Positions 54,321-54,550 of a stretch of 54,550 nucleotides of DNA are shown one piece after another. A model generated the notes under the pieces. The model was not told the origin of the DNA, ran no database searches, and saw only the letters and a program-made list of their open reading frames with translations. Made by a program: the position numbers and the translations under genes. The stretch lies in IMG/VR virus record IMGVR_UViG_3300031951_000043; one strand, written 5' to 3'. This stretch comes from an uncultured virus (IMG/VR IMGVR_UViG_3300031951_000043) (lineage: Duplodnaviria; Heunggongvirae; Uroviricota; Caudoviricetes). Position 1 is the stretch's first letter, and each line of letters begins with the position of its first letter.

Positions 54321-54550
54321 TTTTTTAAATCAATAGAATATTTATAATTATGAAAAAGATAAAATTAACAGAATCAGATTTATATAGGATAATTAAACAA
54401 GTTCTTTTTGAACAGGAGGAAGAAAAGAGAAGTTTTACATTTTCTCCGGGAGCATTTGCATCTTTTATAACATCATCATCAGGTGAAAGATTTGTTAAAC
54501 ATCTTAATAACAAATATGATGAGATTGTTGTTAATGGGGGTTTGGATTTA
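54321..54550 (+). repeat. dispersed direct repeat, copy 2
   Basis: Near-identical to 29039-29268. Confidence 0.9.
54350..54550 (+). CDS. LRR-cassette paralog, 3' partial
   Basis: MKKIKLTESDLYRIIKQVLLEQEEEKRSFTFSPGAFASF... runs off the window; not in the ORF track. Confidence 0.9.
   Translation, partial: MKKIKLTESDLYRIIKQVLFEQEEEKRSFTFSPGAFASFITSSSGERFVKHLNNKYDEIVVNGGLDL

Overview
AT-rich, gene-dense segment of a large (jumbo-type) tailed phage genome. The host is probably Bacteroidota: there is a textbook TTTG-N19-TAnnTTTG promoter at 3482-3512 and a signal peptide followed by Gln. Core genes include family B DNA polymerase, SNF2-like helicase, dUTPase, 3'-5' exonuclease, intein-interrupted PhoH, a gp55-like sigma factor, and neck and baseplate-spike-like proteins. 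Two large glycosylation loci (about 13.2-28.9 kb and 35.0-41.7 kb) and several single-gene inserts with their own promoters are interspersed. Most notable: (1) a glycosyltransferase gene split after codon 28 by GGU-UAG-GU inside GC-rich RNA hairpins, resembling programmed ribosomal bypassing or frameshifting; (2) a putative virion O-glycosylation system, with TibC/Aah-like heptosyltransferase and GT60-like enzymes beside a 93-triplet Gly-Ser/Thr collagen-like fibre; (3) three copies of a variable LRR cassette; (4) a shared 'IKLTESxL..I...I.EQ' leader on many unrelated proteins; (5) a TATTTAT late-promoter-like motif, sometimes positioned for leaderless mRNA. All family assignments come from motif recognition by eye; no database search was run. 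No tRNA, rRNA or CRISPR array was seen.
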